A program made the position numbers and the translations under genes. From a virus (taxonomy: Duplodnaviria > Caudoviricetes): DNA of 64,000 nt. The DNA lies in the IMG/VR virus record IMGVR_UViG_3300048591_000242, positions 1 to 64,000 of that record. One strand, given 5' to 3'. The notes below the pieces were generated by a model. It did no database searches. It was not told where the DNA came from and worked only from the letters and a program-made list of their open reading frames with translations. Positions 38,801 through 49,068 of the stretch are shown here, in pieces (within the stretch, counting starts at the first letter, position 1; the number at the start of each line of letters is the position of its first letter).

Positions 38801-41800
38801 TAACTGGTTTAGTTACACCTACAATAGTCTCAGTAGTGAAGTAACGAACCCCACTCCAATCTGACTCATTGCCAGTGGAGCCACGATACATTACTCGTAC
38901 ATAGTGGGTAGTATTTTCAGCTAAAACTACATTACCAGTTAAATCGTAGCTAGTTAAGTGATCTGACTGCCATCCACTGTCATGAACAACACCTACACCA
39001 GCCGCTCCAATCTCCCATCTAGATGCACTGTGTGTGTCTAATGCGTTACCTGGTAAATATCCTACAAACTGACTGGCAAACAATAAAGGACTAACTAGTA
39101 CGTTTGTTTGGTTTATAGTAGGTAAATTGATACCTGGTCTGTTAATACCCATAACGTCATGGATATTAAAGTTACTATTTGGACTCCATGCAGACTCACG
39201 TCCACTAGTACCACGATGTTTTACTCTTACATAGTAGGTCTGTCCTTCTACCGGAGTATACTTACCCGCTAAACTATAACTAGTTAAGTTAGCTGATTGC
39301 ATGCCACTGTCATGTACCATAGCTGTAAATGTCGCATTGGTGGACACCTGAACCTGTGTATGGCTATGGGTATCTGCCGCTCCTCCTGATAAAAATCCTT
39401 CAAATGCAGAAGTAGTAATTGTAGGATTAGTACCCACTGTGTTACCAGATGGTGGCGACGTTACAGTAGGTGTAGTTACACCCAGAATTACTTCAGTAGT
39501 AAAGCTAATGCTATTACTCCACTCAGAGATTACACCCTCAGTAGATCGGTACATTACACGAGCGTAGTGTACTACACCCTCCGCTAACGTAGTTACACCA
39601 CTTAAATTAATACTCGTTAAGTTAGTGTTTTGTAAACCACTATCAAAGGCCATTGTAGCAAAGGTATTACTTGTGCTAATCTGCCATCTAGTCTGTGAAT
39701 GTACCGCTGCTCCATCTCCTGACTTAAAGCCTACAAATGCAGAACTACTTAGGCTAGGACTTACCAGTACGTTAGTGCTGCCACTAGAAGGAGCTGTAAT
39801 AGAAGGTTTATTTACTCCAATTACATCAAACATACTGTAGCTTACTGGGTTACTCCAAGCAGATGTTCTGCCGCTTTCACCACGATACTGTACTCGTACG
39901 TAGTATGTTTGACCCTCTACTGAAGTGTACTTTCCTACCAAGTTGTAGCTAGTCTTATTAGCGGCCTGCACACCACTGTCATGGACAATGTTAGTAAAGC
40001 TTGAGTTAGTGGCTACCTGCCACTGAGTGGTGTAATGGGTATCCGGTGCCATACCAGACAAGAAACCCTCAAAGGCGCTGCTAGTTACTGTAGGATTAAC
40101 AGTAAGTGCAGTGGTGCCGTTAGAAGGACTAGTAATAGACGGCTTAGTAACGCCTAGAATTGTCTCTGTAGTAAAGCTAACGCCATTACTCCATGCAGAA
40201 GTCTGACCACTTACACCTTGATACATTACCCGTACATAGTAAGTGGCATTCTCTGATAGGGTAACTATGCCGTTTAAATTATAACTAGTTAAGTTACTGG
40301 CACTCATACCACTGTCATGGGTAATATTAGTAAAACCTGAGTTCGTGGCAATCTGCCATCTAGTTCTACTATGTACGTCATTGCCATCACCCACAGCAAA
40401 CCCTACAAAGATAGAGCTGGTTAATGTAGGACTAACTAGTACGTTGGTGCTGCTATTTGCAGGTGCTGTAATCGAAGGCTTGTTAATACCTACTACATCG
40501 CGCATAGTAAATGTATTTGATTTACTCCACGCTGACAATCTACCGCTAGTACCCTGATGCTTAACACGTACATACAGAGTTTCACCCTCTTCAGTAACAA
40601 ACTTACCTGCTAAACTATAGCTAGTTAAGTTAGTCGGTACCATTCCAGAATCATGTTTAATAGTGCCAAAGGTTGGACTGTTAGATACCTGCCACTGGCT
40701 AGACATGTGTGAATCTGGAGCCATACCAGATAAGAAGCCCTCAAATGCACTACTAGTCATAGTAGGCAATGTGGTTACATCTACAGCCCCACTGGCTGGA
40801 CTAGTAATAACTGGCTCAGTTACACCCAAGATAGTTTCAGTAGTGAAACTACGTACATCACTCCATACTGACTCTCTACCACATACACCCTGGTGTTTAA
40901 CTCGGATGTAATGCGTGGTATTTTCCGCCAGAGTAATTACACCACTTAAGTCATAGCTGGTAAGATTAGTGGCCTGTAAACCGGTGTCATGGACAGTACT
41001 GGTAAAGGCTGCATTAGTAGAAATCTGCCACTGGGTTTTACCATGTACATCAGCCGCCATACCAGATAAGAAGCCTTCAAAGGCTGTACTGGTAAGGGTA
41101 GGACTAACTAGTACATTAGTGCTACCACCAGTAGGTGCAGTAACAGAAGGTTTAGTAACCCCTAAAATAGTTTCAGTAACAAAGCTTACATAGGGAGACC
41201 ACTCAGACAGCACATTGTCGGTCCCGCGATACATTAATCGCGCATAGTAAGTAGTGTTTTCTGCCATAACAAACTTACCGCCTAGGTCGTATTCGGTAAG
41301 TTCAGCAGATTGCATACCGCTGTCATGGACAATGTTAGTAAAGCCTGGGGTAGTGGAGATCTGCCATCTACTACCAGTGTGAGTATGTGGTACCATACCC
41401 GACATATAGCCTTCAAATACAGAGCCTTGTAGTACAGCGGATACCATAACTGCAATATTACCGTTAGCTGGATAAACCATGCTGGGGGTAATAATGTTTA
41501 TGATAACTTCCATAGTAAAGCTAAGTACGTTACTCCACTGTGAAGTGCGCCCACTCGCACCTACATGCATTACTCGTACGTGATATGTAGCGCCTTCCTC
41601 AGTAACAAACTTACCGTTTAGGTTATACTCGGTAAGTGCACTAGCAGACAAACCACTATCATGTAAAATATTAGCAAAGTTAGCATCACTGGCTACCTGC
41701 CATCTACTAGCAGAGTGAGTGTCTAATGACATACCGGTTAGGTAACCTTCAAAGCCACTACTAGTTACTAAAGGCGGACGAATAACGTCTACTACACCAG

Positions 41801-42350
41801 TACTAGGTACATCCAGTGTAGGTGTGGTTACACCCAAAATAGTCTCTGTAGAGAATTCAGTTATTGGACTCCAACCAGAGGTTTCACCAGTAGAACCCTG
41901 ATACAGTACTCTTGCATAAAACGTATCGTTCTCTGCTAAAACGTGTTTACCCTCTAAGTCATAACTAGTAAGTTCTGTACCCTGTACACCGCTGTCGTGG
42001 ACTATGGTATTGAAGTTGCTATCTGATGCAATTTGCCATCTACTACCAGTATGGGTATCCGGACTAAGGTCTTGCTTGAAACCAATAAACATAGAAGAGC
42101 TAAGTAGCGGGCTTACTACTACATCTACAGTACCGTACACGGGTACGTCTATAGAAGGTGTTACTACTCCATAGAAAACATCTGTAGTAAGTGGATTACC
42201 ACTAGGGGTAACGCCATCACAGATTCTGATGCTCTCTACACCGGTACGTAAGTCCAGTATAGGTTCATTGGGTTCACCCACATAACTCTCAATAGAGTCA
42301 TCTGTGAATCGCTTCCACAGAAACGACTGGGTCATTATGTTTAAACTCAT
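35805..42350 (-). CDS. 2181-aa adhesin/fibre: 12 tandem Ig/FN3-like modules plus two FG-GAP propellers
   Basis: Twelve H..[ST]..[WV][QE] modules of about 109 aa each, then two propeller blocks. Confidence 0.8.
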   Translation of the reverse strand: MSLNIMTQSFLWKRFTDDSIESYVGEPNEPILDLRTGVESIRICDGVTPSGNPLTTDVFYGVVTPSIDVPVYGTVDVVVSPLLSSSMFIGFKQDLSPDTHTGSRWQIASDSNFNTIVHDSGVQGTELTSYDLEGKHVLAENDTFYARVLYQGSTGETSGWSPITEFSTETILGVTTPTLDVPSTGVVDVIRPPLVTSSGFEGYLTGMSLDTHSASRWQVASDANFANILHDSGLSASALTEYNLNGKFVTEEGATYHVRVMHVGASGRTSQWSNVLSFTMEVIINIITPSMVYPANGNIAVMVSAVLQGSVFEGYMSGMVPHTHTGSRWQISTTPGFTNIVHDSGMQSAELTEYDLGGKFVMAENTTYYARLMYRGTDNVLSEWSPYVSFVTETILGVTKPSVTAPTGGSTNVLVSPTLTSTAFEGFLSGMAADVHGKTQWQISTNAAFTSTVHDTGLQATNLTSYDLSGVITLAENTTHYIRVKHQGVCGRESVWSDVRSFTTETILGVTEPVITSPASGAVDVTTLPTMTSSAFEGFLSGMAPDSHMSSQWQVSNSPTFGTIKHDSGMVPTNLTSYSLAGKFVTEEGETLYVRVKHQGTSGRLSAWSKSNTFTMRDVVGINKPSITAPANSSTNVLVSPTLTSSIFVGFAVGDGNDVHSRTRWQIATNSGFTNITHDSGMSASNLTSYNLNGIVTLSENATYYVRVMYQGVSGQTSAWSNGVSFTTETILGVTKPSITSPSNGTTALTVNPTVTSSAFEGFLSGMAPDTHYTTQWQVATNSSFTNIVHDSGVQAANKTSYNLVGKYTSVEGQTYYVRVQYRGESGRTSAWSNPVSYSMFDVIGVNKPSITAPSSGSTNVLVSPSLSSSAFVGFKSGDGAAVHSQTRWQISTSNTFATMAFDSGLQNTNLTSINLSGVTTLAEGVVHYARVMYRSTEGVISEWSNSISFTTEVILGVTTPTVTSPPSGNTVGTNPTITTSAFEGFLSGGAADTHSHTQVQVSTNATFTAMVHDSGMQSANLTSYSLAGKYTPVEGQTYYVRVKHRGTSGRESAWSPNSNFNIHDVMGINRPGINLPTINQTNVLVSPLLFASQFVGYLPGNALDTHSASRWEIGAAGVGVVHDSGWQSDHLTSYDLTGNVVLAENTTHYVRVMYRGSTGNESDWSGVRYFTTETIVGVTKPVITAPANGATGLTANPTVVANAFEGFGSGMEPDSHGQSQWQVSTNSGFTGIVYDSNMQGNDLTSINLASKYTMVEGQTYYVRVKYQGITGRDSAWSDVINFTMFDEIGVNTPSITSPVVGTTDVGTSPVITGSAFIGFAVGDGADTHSRSRWQVATNATFTELVYDSGLQSTHKQTIDLDGLVALAEGTEHFVRVMYEGATAGLSAWSSASSFTTLVSFTYTQVNKLTLLPEDIFASELGTSVRVSDDGNTMLVTAFSDNNGNSYIYKRTPTGWTRTTLTGGGISSGVYAHSAVDMTSDGNMVVAGYPGGDTGANNAGHVVFYKWTGSSWSTETIYPPAPTANDYFGSSVAISDNGVVLVIGAPEDDTLGSSAGAIYIATRDVLGWSTPVKRTASDGSAVSFYGECVSISSDYTRICVSAPGSTVGSGGAIYIYDRDIGGSYIESKLTSPISDTGGQYGQYSDMSDDGNIIVGSVRVTTNGNSAVVVKTWNGSSWVEDVLYGPGNTEYGVPLSISGDGRTIAVHRGINTNESAVVVYRKYGSVWLNHDIVQPEVTFRDDFGRTSTTLVGKHNPISVSGNGTTIAIGAPGHDLGGNTDKGAVYIYRLMENDQVVDIFGQSDIMYASNAAAVDGFGQIVSVSANGDVVSVLAPGKDSRATNRGDVYVYRKTGGNWTEHIVTSDLGNLIAVNAKLDATGNKVFVSTNSTLGQTVVLYQWNGTSYTQTATAVPAVHVNASTGMSLAVNGAGDRIVVSTDKSNTNGINYFGADTYKLVGGSWIKHEIPTPTGIVSGDRFGQSLSISTDGNTVVVGSPGYNSNMGTVYVFKWNGTVWIEETMLSMSDTGIGSSIQYGHSVAVNASGDIITVGAPYRYSGYWAEVGSATVHRWNGSVWEEELIIPHTLKGGDKFGWSLDMNDTGDRIVSGTIGNSIGITSKSLVYSCKYADGVWMTTQHADSENVGNIQNGYSVAMSDDGSTIISGARNDDTGGNDSGAAYIYAVY

Positions 42351-42439
42351 TTGGTATAACTCCTAAAGAATTATTATTTGTTATGTAAGCTACAAGACCG
42401 GTTTATTGTAATATAGCTACAGAGTTGACATAAAGCTTG

Positions 42440-42469
42440 TATAGGCTGTAACTTAAGTTACAGCCTATA
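42440..42469. repeat. Perfect 30-bp palindrome
   Basis: TATAGGCTGTAACTT|AAGTTACAGCCTATA. Confidence 0.9.
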
Positions 42470-42481
42470 TAGCCGGTATAC

Positions 42482-43168
42482 CTAGAGGGATTCTACTAAC
42501 TCCTTAAACTTAACATAAGGACTAAACAAAGAGGCGTTTGCTTCAGTCAACTGAGCAACCATATCTTCTACGGCAGAACGTGCAGCAAAGCCTTTACTTA
42601 AATGATCAGCAATGGCGTTGTATAGCCCAGTCATTTCTTCTACGCTAGTAACAGGAATACTAGCCGGAGGAGTCTTCTCCTCTAATCCCATTACACTGTT
42701 AGTAGGCGGTAGCTCTCTGCCTCTCCAGTTTACGTTAGTAACTGCACCACTGTTAAAGAGATCCAGTGTAGCCTTAGCGTTTACTCGCGCTTCGATATCG
42801 GAAGCTATTACTACCCCACGGTGTATTAAACCGTTGCGCTCGTGTGCGTTGTGCAGTTCGGATAACCGACGTAGGTGCTCAATGCGAATCTCATCCAATG
42901 TCTTGTTACCTACAATGTAGTCATGGATAATCTCACCTGCGGACTCACGGCTATTAAAACCTACATACTTCTGACCTACCGTAAGATTAGGTTTAACCTC
43001 ACGTACTGGCTTAATGGTAAAGGTAGCTACAGAAAACATACGCGTAAGTGTTTTAGGAGTACTGGCATTATTACAGCCATGTCTTCCTAAGAAGTCCTTT
43101 ACTACCTGAGCATTATAAACCACAGGACCCATTACTTTATTACCATTACGGAATATTTCACATTTCAT
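42482..43168 (-). CDS. DUF4376-like chaperone paralog 2
   Basis: MKCEIFRNGNKVMGP; ASDIEARVN. Confidence 0.55.
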   Translation of the reverse strand: MKCEIFRNGNKVMGPVVYNAQVVKDFLGRHGCNNASTPKTLTRMFSVATFTIKPVREVKPNLTVGQKYVGFNSRESAGEIIHDYIVGNKTLDEIRIEHLRRLSELHNAHERNGLIHRGVVIASDIEARVNAKATLDLFNSGAVTNVNWRGRELPPTNSVMGLEEKTPPASIPVTSVEEMTGLYNAIADHLSKGFAARSAVEDMVAQLTEANASLFSPYVKFKELVESL

Positions 43169-43232
43169 TTTAATACCCTTAATAATTAGATTGTTAATTT
43201 AGTGACATTAGTACATTACTAATATATAAAAA

Positions 43233-43925
43233 CTACTGTTGCGTTATTCCGTAGAATTCTGCTCTTATGTCGTATGCTACAAGCTCGCTATAAGTTAACG
43301 ACAAAACTGTATCCTCTACTGCAGACCTAGCTAAGAAACCACTATTTAAATAATCTACAATAGCTCCAAAAACACCTAAAACATCATTTATCGAATTCAA
43401 AGGTATAGTAGCTACCTTTAACTCTTTAACGTTTACATCACCTAATCGACTTACACCTGGATTAGCTATTTCCTTACCTCTCCACTTGGTAGAAGTAATA
43501 GCTCCTGAAGTAAATAAGTCTAAAGTGGCCTTGGCATTAATTCTGGCTTCGATATCTGCCCTAATTAATATACCGTTGTATTCAAACAACTCGGTCTCGT
43601 AGTGGTTATGGATATTAGATAATGTCTCTAGAGATTCGGTGACTAACTCCTCTAGAGACATATTGACTACCGACCATGTATATTTAACATGTGTAGCGGT
43701 TACTTCCCTTATTGGATCTGTGTGTTTCTGTCCTACTAGTAAACCCGGTTTTATTTCTAGTACTGGCTTTATGGCAAATGTAGAAATTACCACTACAGTA
43801 ATAAGTGTATTGGGTACCCTAGAGACATCACAACCATTGGACGCTAATAGATCCCTAACCACTCGCGGGTCGTATGCTACCGGACCCATTACTTTATTAC
43901 CATTACGGAATATTTCACATTTCAT
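43233..43925 (-). CDS. DUF4376-like chaperone paralog 3
   Basis: MKCEIFRNGNKVMGP; RADIEARIN. Confidence 0.55.
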   Translation of the reverse strand: MKCEIFRNGNKVMGPVAYDPRVVRDLLASNGCDVSRVPNTLITVVVISTFAIKPVLEIKPGLLVGQKHTDPIREVTATHVKYTWSVVNMSLEELVTESLETLSNIHNHYETELFEYNGILIRADIEARINAKATLDLFTSGAITSTKWRGKEIANPGVSRLGDVNVKELKVATIPLNSINDVLGVFGAIVDYLNSGFLARSAVEDTVLSLTYSELVAYDIRAEFYGITQQ

Positions 43926-43959
43926 TTTAATATGACCCCATTACCCGCTCTACACGTCG

Positions 43960-45642
43960 CTATCCACCATACAAATATATCGACCCTGAATTAATAAGAG
44001 TGGGGTCTACGCCATATGCACCTACTGCTAATATACCTAAATCCGAAAACGCCACACTAGTACCGAAATAATCATTAGCTAAGCCATTGGGAGAAGTGTG
44101 TTTATAATACTCAACCCAGGCATTATCTACCAGGGCATATACAAATACTGCGCCATTATCTCTAGAGGCGCTATCGTCTCCGTATGAACCTACAGCTAGT
44201 AGATTACCGTCATGTGCCATAGATACGGAATACCCATAGGCACAGCCACTAGTATTGCTATTAGAGAATAGCTTAACATCTAAAAGCCAATTAGTGTTTT
44301 CATAGTGATAAACATATACTGCACCAGTGTCTTTTTTAGTACTAGAGTTTTTATAAGAACCTATAGCTAGTCTAGTGCCGTCTCCAGATAATGAAACACT
44401 AACTCCATAATGATCATTTCTCTTACCGTCTAAAGGACTAAGTAATATGCCATCCCAGCTAGTGCCATTATAGCTAAATACAAAACAGCCCCCGGATAAG
44501 GTGTTAGATCCATTCTGTTTACTCCAAGTAGAACCTATAGCCACCACCAATCCATCATCGGAGACAGATATAGAGTTACCAAAGCTTTCATTATTTAATG
44601 GTACAACAGGCGTCAGTGTAGCTGAGTTAACATAACTACTACCATTTCTTTTATACACGGTAACTAACCCAGAGCTCACTCCAGATACTAATCCTAATCT
44701 TGAAGAAGTTAAAATGGTGTTACCGGTAAAATCAGCAGCCACTGAGTATCCGAACTCCACATTGGAGGCGGATATTCGTGTATCTATATGATTCCAGCTC
44801 CCTTGAGAGTACTCGTATACATACAGACCACACTCAGTATCACCTACTGCGCCTACTGCAATAATACTACCGTTTCCAGATATAGCTACAGCAAATCCAA
44901 ATCGCTTATTAGCACCAGGGCTATTACCGTATAACGTTGTGTCTAATGCCCAACCAGCAGCATTTCTTTTGTAGATATGTACCTGACCTGAGTTTACCCC
45001 ATGAAAGTCTGCATCGTCTGCCCCTACAACCACCGTAGAGCCATCGTCAGAGATATCTAGGGCGTAACCTATAGTAGAGGTACCCCCTAGAGTATCTGCC
45101 TTCAGAGACTCTATAAGGGCCTCTGGTAGGCCGCTAGCTGAAGAGAAACCCGAGGCAGGACTCCATTCGGATTCATCACCATAATGACTCTTATACCTAA
45201 CTCTTACATATATACCTGAGTTACTAGGCATCTGTGCCATGTAAGTACTTAGATCTATGGTGGTTAAGTCGCCTATCCATCCAGTATCCAAAATAGGAGT
45301 TACAAAGGCTAAATTATCTGCTACTTGCCAACGACTACTTAAATGTATTACCCCATCTATCCTACCGTCCGTATACATAAACGAGGTAGAGGTAACTATA
45401 GGTACTGCCTCTATATTAAAGGCTCCGTCTATGGGAAATAGAATGGATGGGGTATGTACCTGTGACGCTATAGGTTTAGCAACCGGTATACCGCCTACAG
45501 TAGTGCCGTCCGATATACGCATAATGGGCTTAGGACCACGCATGTCCAGTATAGGTTCTCCTACAGCCCCTACGTAATCCTCTATTGCATTACTGTTAAA
45601 TCTCTTCCACAGCCACGGCATTTTTAATCTAAACACACCCAT
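43960..45642 (-). CDS. FG-GAP beta-propeller tail/adhesin paralog
   Basis: WKRFNSN...RISDGTTVGG; HLSSRWQVAD; propeller repeats. Confidence 0.75.
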   Translation of the reverse strand: MGVFRLKMPWLWKRFNSNAIEDYVGAVGEPILDMRGPKPIMRISDGTTVGGIPVAKPIASQVHTPSILFPIDGAFNIEAVPIVTSTSFMYTDGRIDGVIHLSSRWQVADNLAFVTPILDTGWIGDLTTIDLSTYMAQMPSNSGIYVRVRYKSHYGDESEWSPASGFSSASGLPEALIESLKADTLGGTSTIGYALDISDDGSTVVVGADDADFHGVNSGQVHIYKRNAAGWALDTTLYGNSPGANKRFGFAVAISGNGSIIAVGAVGDTECGLYVYEYSQGSWNHIDTRISASNVEFGYSVAADFTGNTILTSSRLGLVSGVSSGLVTVYKRNGSSYVNSATLTPVVPLNNESFGNSISVSDDGLVVAIGSTWSKQNGSNTLSGGCFVFSYNGTSWDGILLSPLDGKRNDHYGVSVSLSGDGTRLAIGSYKNSSTKKDTGAVYVYHYENTNWLLDVKLFSNSNTSGCAYGYSVSMAHDGNLLAVGSYGDDSASRDNGAVFVYALVDNAWVEYYKHTSPNGLANDYFGTSVAFSDLGILAVGAYGVDPTLINSGSIYLYGG

Positions 45643-45663
45643 AATACCACCAGTATATAAAGG

Positions 45664-47340
45664 TTAACCAAATAAATGAGCAGAACCAGAGTTAGCTCCA
45701 TAGGTAGAATTACCAGGGGCACCCGCTATTACCTTAGCTCCGTTATCGGAACAAGCTACTACCCTACCTAACATGTAACCTGAACTATTACCTACTAAAG
45801 ATATCTTACTCTGCTCTATCCACCCTGACTGAGTTTCCATAAATACATAGACTGCTCCACTGCCGTCAGCAGACTGACTGCCCACGAACAACAAACTACC
45901 GTCTTCCGATAAAGCCACATTGGTACCAAATTCAAAATAGTAACTATTGTCAGAAGCAGTAAGTTTCTGTATCTGCATCCAGGTACCATTTATCTTTCTA
46001 AAGATGTATACGCCACCAGAATCCAATGCACTGCTGTCTGCGTAATTAGCCCCTATGGCTATAGTAGAGCCGTCTCTGGATATGTTTACACCTATACCAA
46101 AGGTAGAGTAGCTACTATAATCAATGGCCGTTAGTTTTTGTAGATATACCCAGTTATTACCATTATGCTCAAATACATAAGCAGAACCTGCATTAAACTC
46201 CAAACTATTATCTAAGTGAGAGCTTACTACTATAGTAGAACCGCTATCGTCTATAGATACCTCGTCTCCAAATCTATAACCGGCTGCGCCATCTGGTGCA
46301 CTGAGTATAGCTACTTGGGTGAATACGTTATTTACATAGTCATATACATAAGCCCGGCCTACATCAACTTCGGTAGCAGTATCTTTCCAACCTGCTCCTA
46401 TGACTAACGTATTACCGGAATTACCTAAGTATACACCTACACCAAAATAATCATAATTTAACATACCGGAAACAGAGATAACCTGCTTCTCTACCCAAGA
46501 ACCTAATTCTAGATCGTAAATGTATACAACCCCATCTCCTATAGCACTAGAATCTACCAGAGGAGCCCCTATGGCTAATCTAGTGCCATTTCTGGACAAA
46601 GCTATCGAGTATCCAAAGTAGCTACCGTCTACTATACCTACCGGCTGGATCATACTGCTGTTAGACCACACTCCATTGTCATTGGTATATACGTAAACTA
46701 CCCCTAAACCGCCATAGCCGCCCACAGCAACTGTATTACCATCGCCACTTATAGCTACTGCTCTACCAAAATAATCACCACTGGTAGGTGAGTTCTTAGT
46801 AAAGGTATTGGTAAGTACAGAAGGTATAGCACGTATAGTTCTAAAGCTTACCGGTACAGACCAGTCAGAAGCATCTGCGGTATTAGCTACATACCTAACT
46901 CTAGCATAGTAGACAGTATCTCCATTTAACACTAGTCCTATACTTAATAAATCTATACTTAATAGATTTACTGTGTCTGCTCCACTGGAGTAAAGTATAT
47001 ATTTAAAGTCTATGTCTGTAGCTAGCTCCCAAACAGACGCGTAATGAGTAGTAGCGTTGCCTTTGTTATTACCTACAAAGACACTACTTTGAATTACTGG
47101 AGTAATGGAAATATTAATAGCTCCTTGTGCAGGTGAGATTATTTCCGGAGTAAGTACTTTACCCACTCTACCTTCACTAATGATTCTGCCGCCTGGCTTA
47201 ACACCATTCATGAGGCGAATGTAGGGCTTCCCTTCCCTAAAATCAATAACGGACTCAGCAAAATCACCGGTATCCGTGTTTTCTTGTGCTGGATCAAATA
47301 TTCTCCAAGTAACAGGATTGGTAATATACTTAGTACCCAT
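45664..47340 (-). CDS. FG-GAP beta-propeller tail/adhesin paralog
   Basis: NGVKPGG; HYASVWELATD; YFGRAVAISGDG repeats. Confidence 0.75.
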   Translation of the reverse strand: MGTKYITNPVTWRIFDPAQENTDTGDFAESVIDFREGKPYIRLMNGVKPGGRIISEGRVGKVLTPEIISPAQGAINISITPVIQSSVFVGNNKGNATTHYASVWELATDIDFKYILYSSGADTVNLLSIDLLSIGLVLNGDTVYYARVRYVANTADASDWSVPVSFRTIRAIPSVLTNTFTKNSPTSGDYFGRAVAISGDGNTVAVGGYGGLGVVYVYTNDNGVWSNSSMIQPVGIVDGSYFGYSIALSRNGTRLAIGAPLVDSSAIGDGVVYIYDLELGSWVEKQVISVSGMLNYDYFGVGVYLGNSGNTLVIGAGWKDTATEVDVGRAYVYDYVNNVFTQVAILSAPDGAAGYRFGDEVSIDDSGSTIVVSSHLDNSLEFNAGSAYVFEHNGNNWVYLQKLTAIDYSSYSTFGIGVNISRDGSTIAIGANYADSSALDSGGVYIFRKINGTWMQIQKLTASDNSYYFEFGTNVALSEDGSLLFVGSQSADGSGAVYVFMETQSGWIEQSKISLVGNSSGYMLGRVVACSDNGAKVIAGAPGNSTYGANSGSAHLFG

Positions 47341-47362
47341 TGCAGATTTCCTTTATTAGAAA

Positions 47363-49048
47363 TTATTCAAAAATATAAGCAGAACCTGAGGATAGACCAG
47401 CATCATCGTCTGCTTGCGCACCGGCTATCAGCAGAGATGCATCGCTCGCTATAGAAACAGAACCACCAAATTGATCTTGCTCAAAAATATCAGTAGAAAC
47501 TATTCTGGTTTGTACCCAGTTACCACCTGTATATACAAACAAGTAAACTGCTCCAGAGTTTGTACCATTACCGCCATTAGATAAAGAGCCTATGGCTAGG
47601 GTGTTGCCGTCTGCCGATATAGATATACTTCTACCGAACTGATCTCCAGCCGCATGGTCGTTAGGCATCAACTTAGTTTCATCCCAAGTAGTACCATTCC
47701 AGTCGTATATGTAAACGGCCCCTGAATTAGCTCCAACCGGATCTGCTGCATAGGCACCCACTGCGATTCTGGTACCATCAGCATTGACGGCTAACGCGTG
47801 TCCGAATTGATCGTTGGCTAAACCATCAGATGGATCTATGCGTGTAACTGGCCATCCACTACCATTCCACTTCATTACATAAATAAAACCAGCCTCATGG
47901 CCGGTAGCACTAGATACAACAGTATCGCCATCCTCAGAAACAACTGAGGCCCTACCTAGCGACCAATTATATCCTGGATATGTACCATGTACACCAGGTA
48001 TCACTATATCAGTTCTGGCCCACCCAGTACCATTCCAGCGGTAAATACGACACTTACCCATGCGATAGTTGAATCCGGCGACAGAATAATCATATCCTGG
48101 GTCGCCCACTACCCGTACCTCTCCGTTGCCTGATAAAGCCACAGACGATCCAAGGCTAGTGAACGGAGTTTCACCGGTAGTTAAGAACAATTCTTCTACC
48201 CAACTACTACCATTCCAAGTAAATACATATACTCTACGATTGTACTGATTAGCACCAAACTGACCAGGTGCACCTATGATTATCTTGTTGCCATCGGATG
48301 AAACATCTATAGCTTTACCGAATTGAGATTGGTTAGATCGTGATGCTGGTCTAAGAATGGTTTCTACCCAACTACTGCCATTCCATTTATAAATGTACGC
48401 TGTGCCTGCACTGCTGTTTTCGTTGTAGGCACCAACCACTACCGTACTTTTGTCATCCGATATTACTACAACGTTACCGTATACATCAGAGGCGGCTCCA
48501 TCAGAAGCAGTCAACTTAAATAACTGAGTATCTGGTAAAACTATACCGGTGGTAAAACTCACTACTGGACTCCATTCGGACTCTAGGTCATCTATGGAGT
48601 AGTGTTTTACTCTAACAAAATGCTCAATGGCTTCAACTAGTACCTGTGGTACTGTACTTAAGTCAATAGACTCTTTGTTAGTAGTAGCTTCTCCTGAGTC
48701 ATAAACCAGAGTAGTGAACAATGCATCTGTAGCTATTTGCCATCTAGTAGCTACGTGCCGGTTATTGGTAATGTTAGTGGCCGCATAAGGACTACCGGTA
48801 ATTACTGGAGAAGCACTAATACCTACGCTATCATCCAAAGGGGATACGATAGTAGGTGTATCTATAGCGGTTAAAACATCACCACCTAATGGTTTGCCAC
48901 CAGGGGTAGCCCCATCCATAATACGTACTTTTACCTTACCGTTTTTAGTATACAGTACAGGCTCACGAGGATCACCTAATTCAGAAAACATACTGTCGTC
49001 GTTAAAAGCTCTAAGACTAACAGGGCTAGTTATTTGCTTAACAGTCAT
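47363..49048 (-). CDS. FG-GAP beta-propeller tail/adhesin paralog
   Basis: DGATPGG; HVATRWQIATD; QFGRSISISADG repeats. Confidence 0.75.
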   Translation of the reverse strand: MTVKQITSPVSLRAFNDDSMFSELGDPREPVLYTKNGKVKVRIMDGATPGGKPLGGDVLTAIDTPTIVSPLDDSVGISASPVITGSPYAATNITNNRHVATRWQIATDALFTTLVYDSGEATTNKESIDLSTVPQVLVEAIEHFVRVKHYSIDDLESEWSPVVSFTTGIVLPDTQLFKLTASDGAASDVYGNVVVISDDKSTVVVGAYNENSSAGTAYIYKWNGSSWVETILRPASRSNQSQFGKAIDVSSDGNKIIIGAPGQFGANQYNRRVYVFTWNGSSWVEELFLTTGETPFTSLGSSVALSGNGEVRVVGDPGYDYSVAGFNYRMGKCRIYRWNGTGWARTDIVIPGVHGTYPGYNWSLGRASVVSEDGDTVVSSATGHEAGFIYVMKWNGSGWPVTRIDPSDGLANDQFGHALAVNADGTRIAVGAYAADPVGANSGAVYIYDWNGTTWDETKLMPNDHAAGDQFGRSISISADGNTLAIGSLSNGGNGTNSGAVYLFVYTGGNWVQTRIVSTDIFEQDQFGGSVSIASDASLLIAGAQADDDAGLSSGSAYIFE

Positions 49049-49068
49049 TTGCGTTTACCTTTTGTAAA

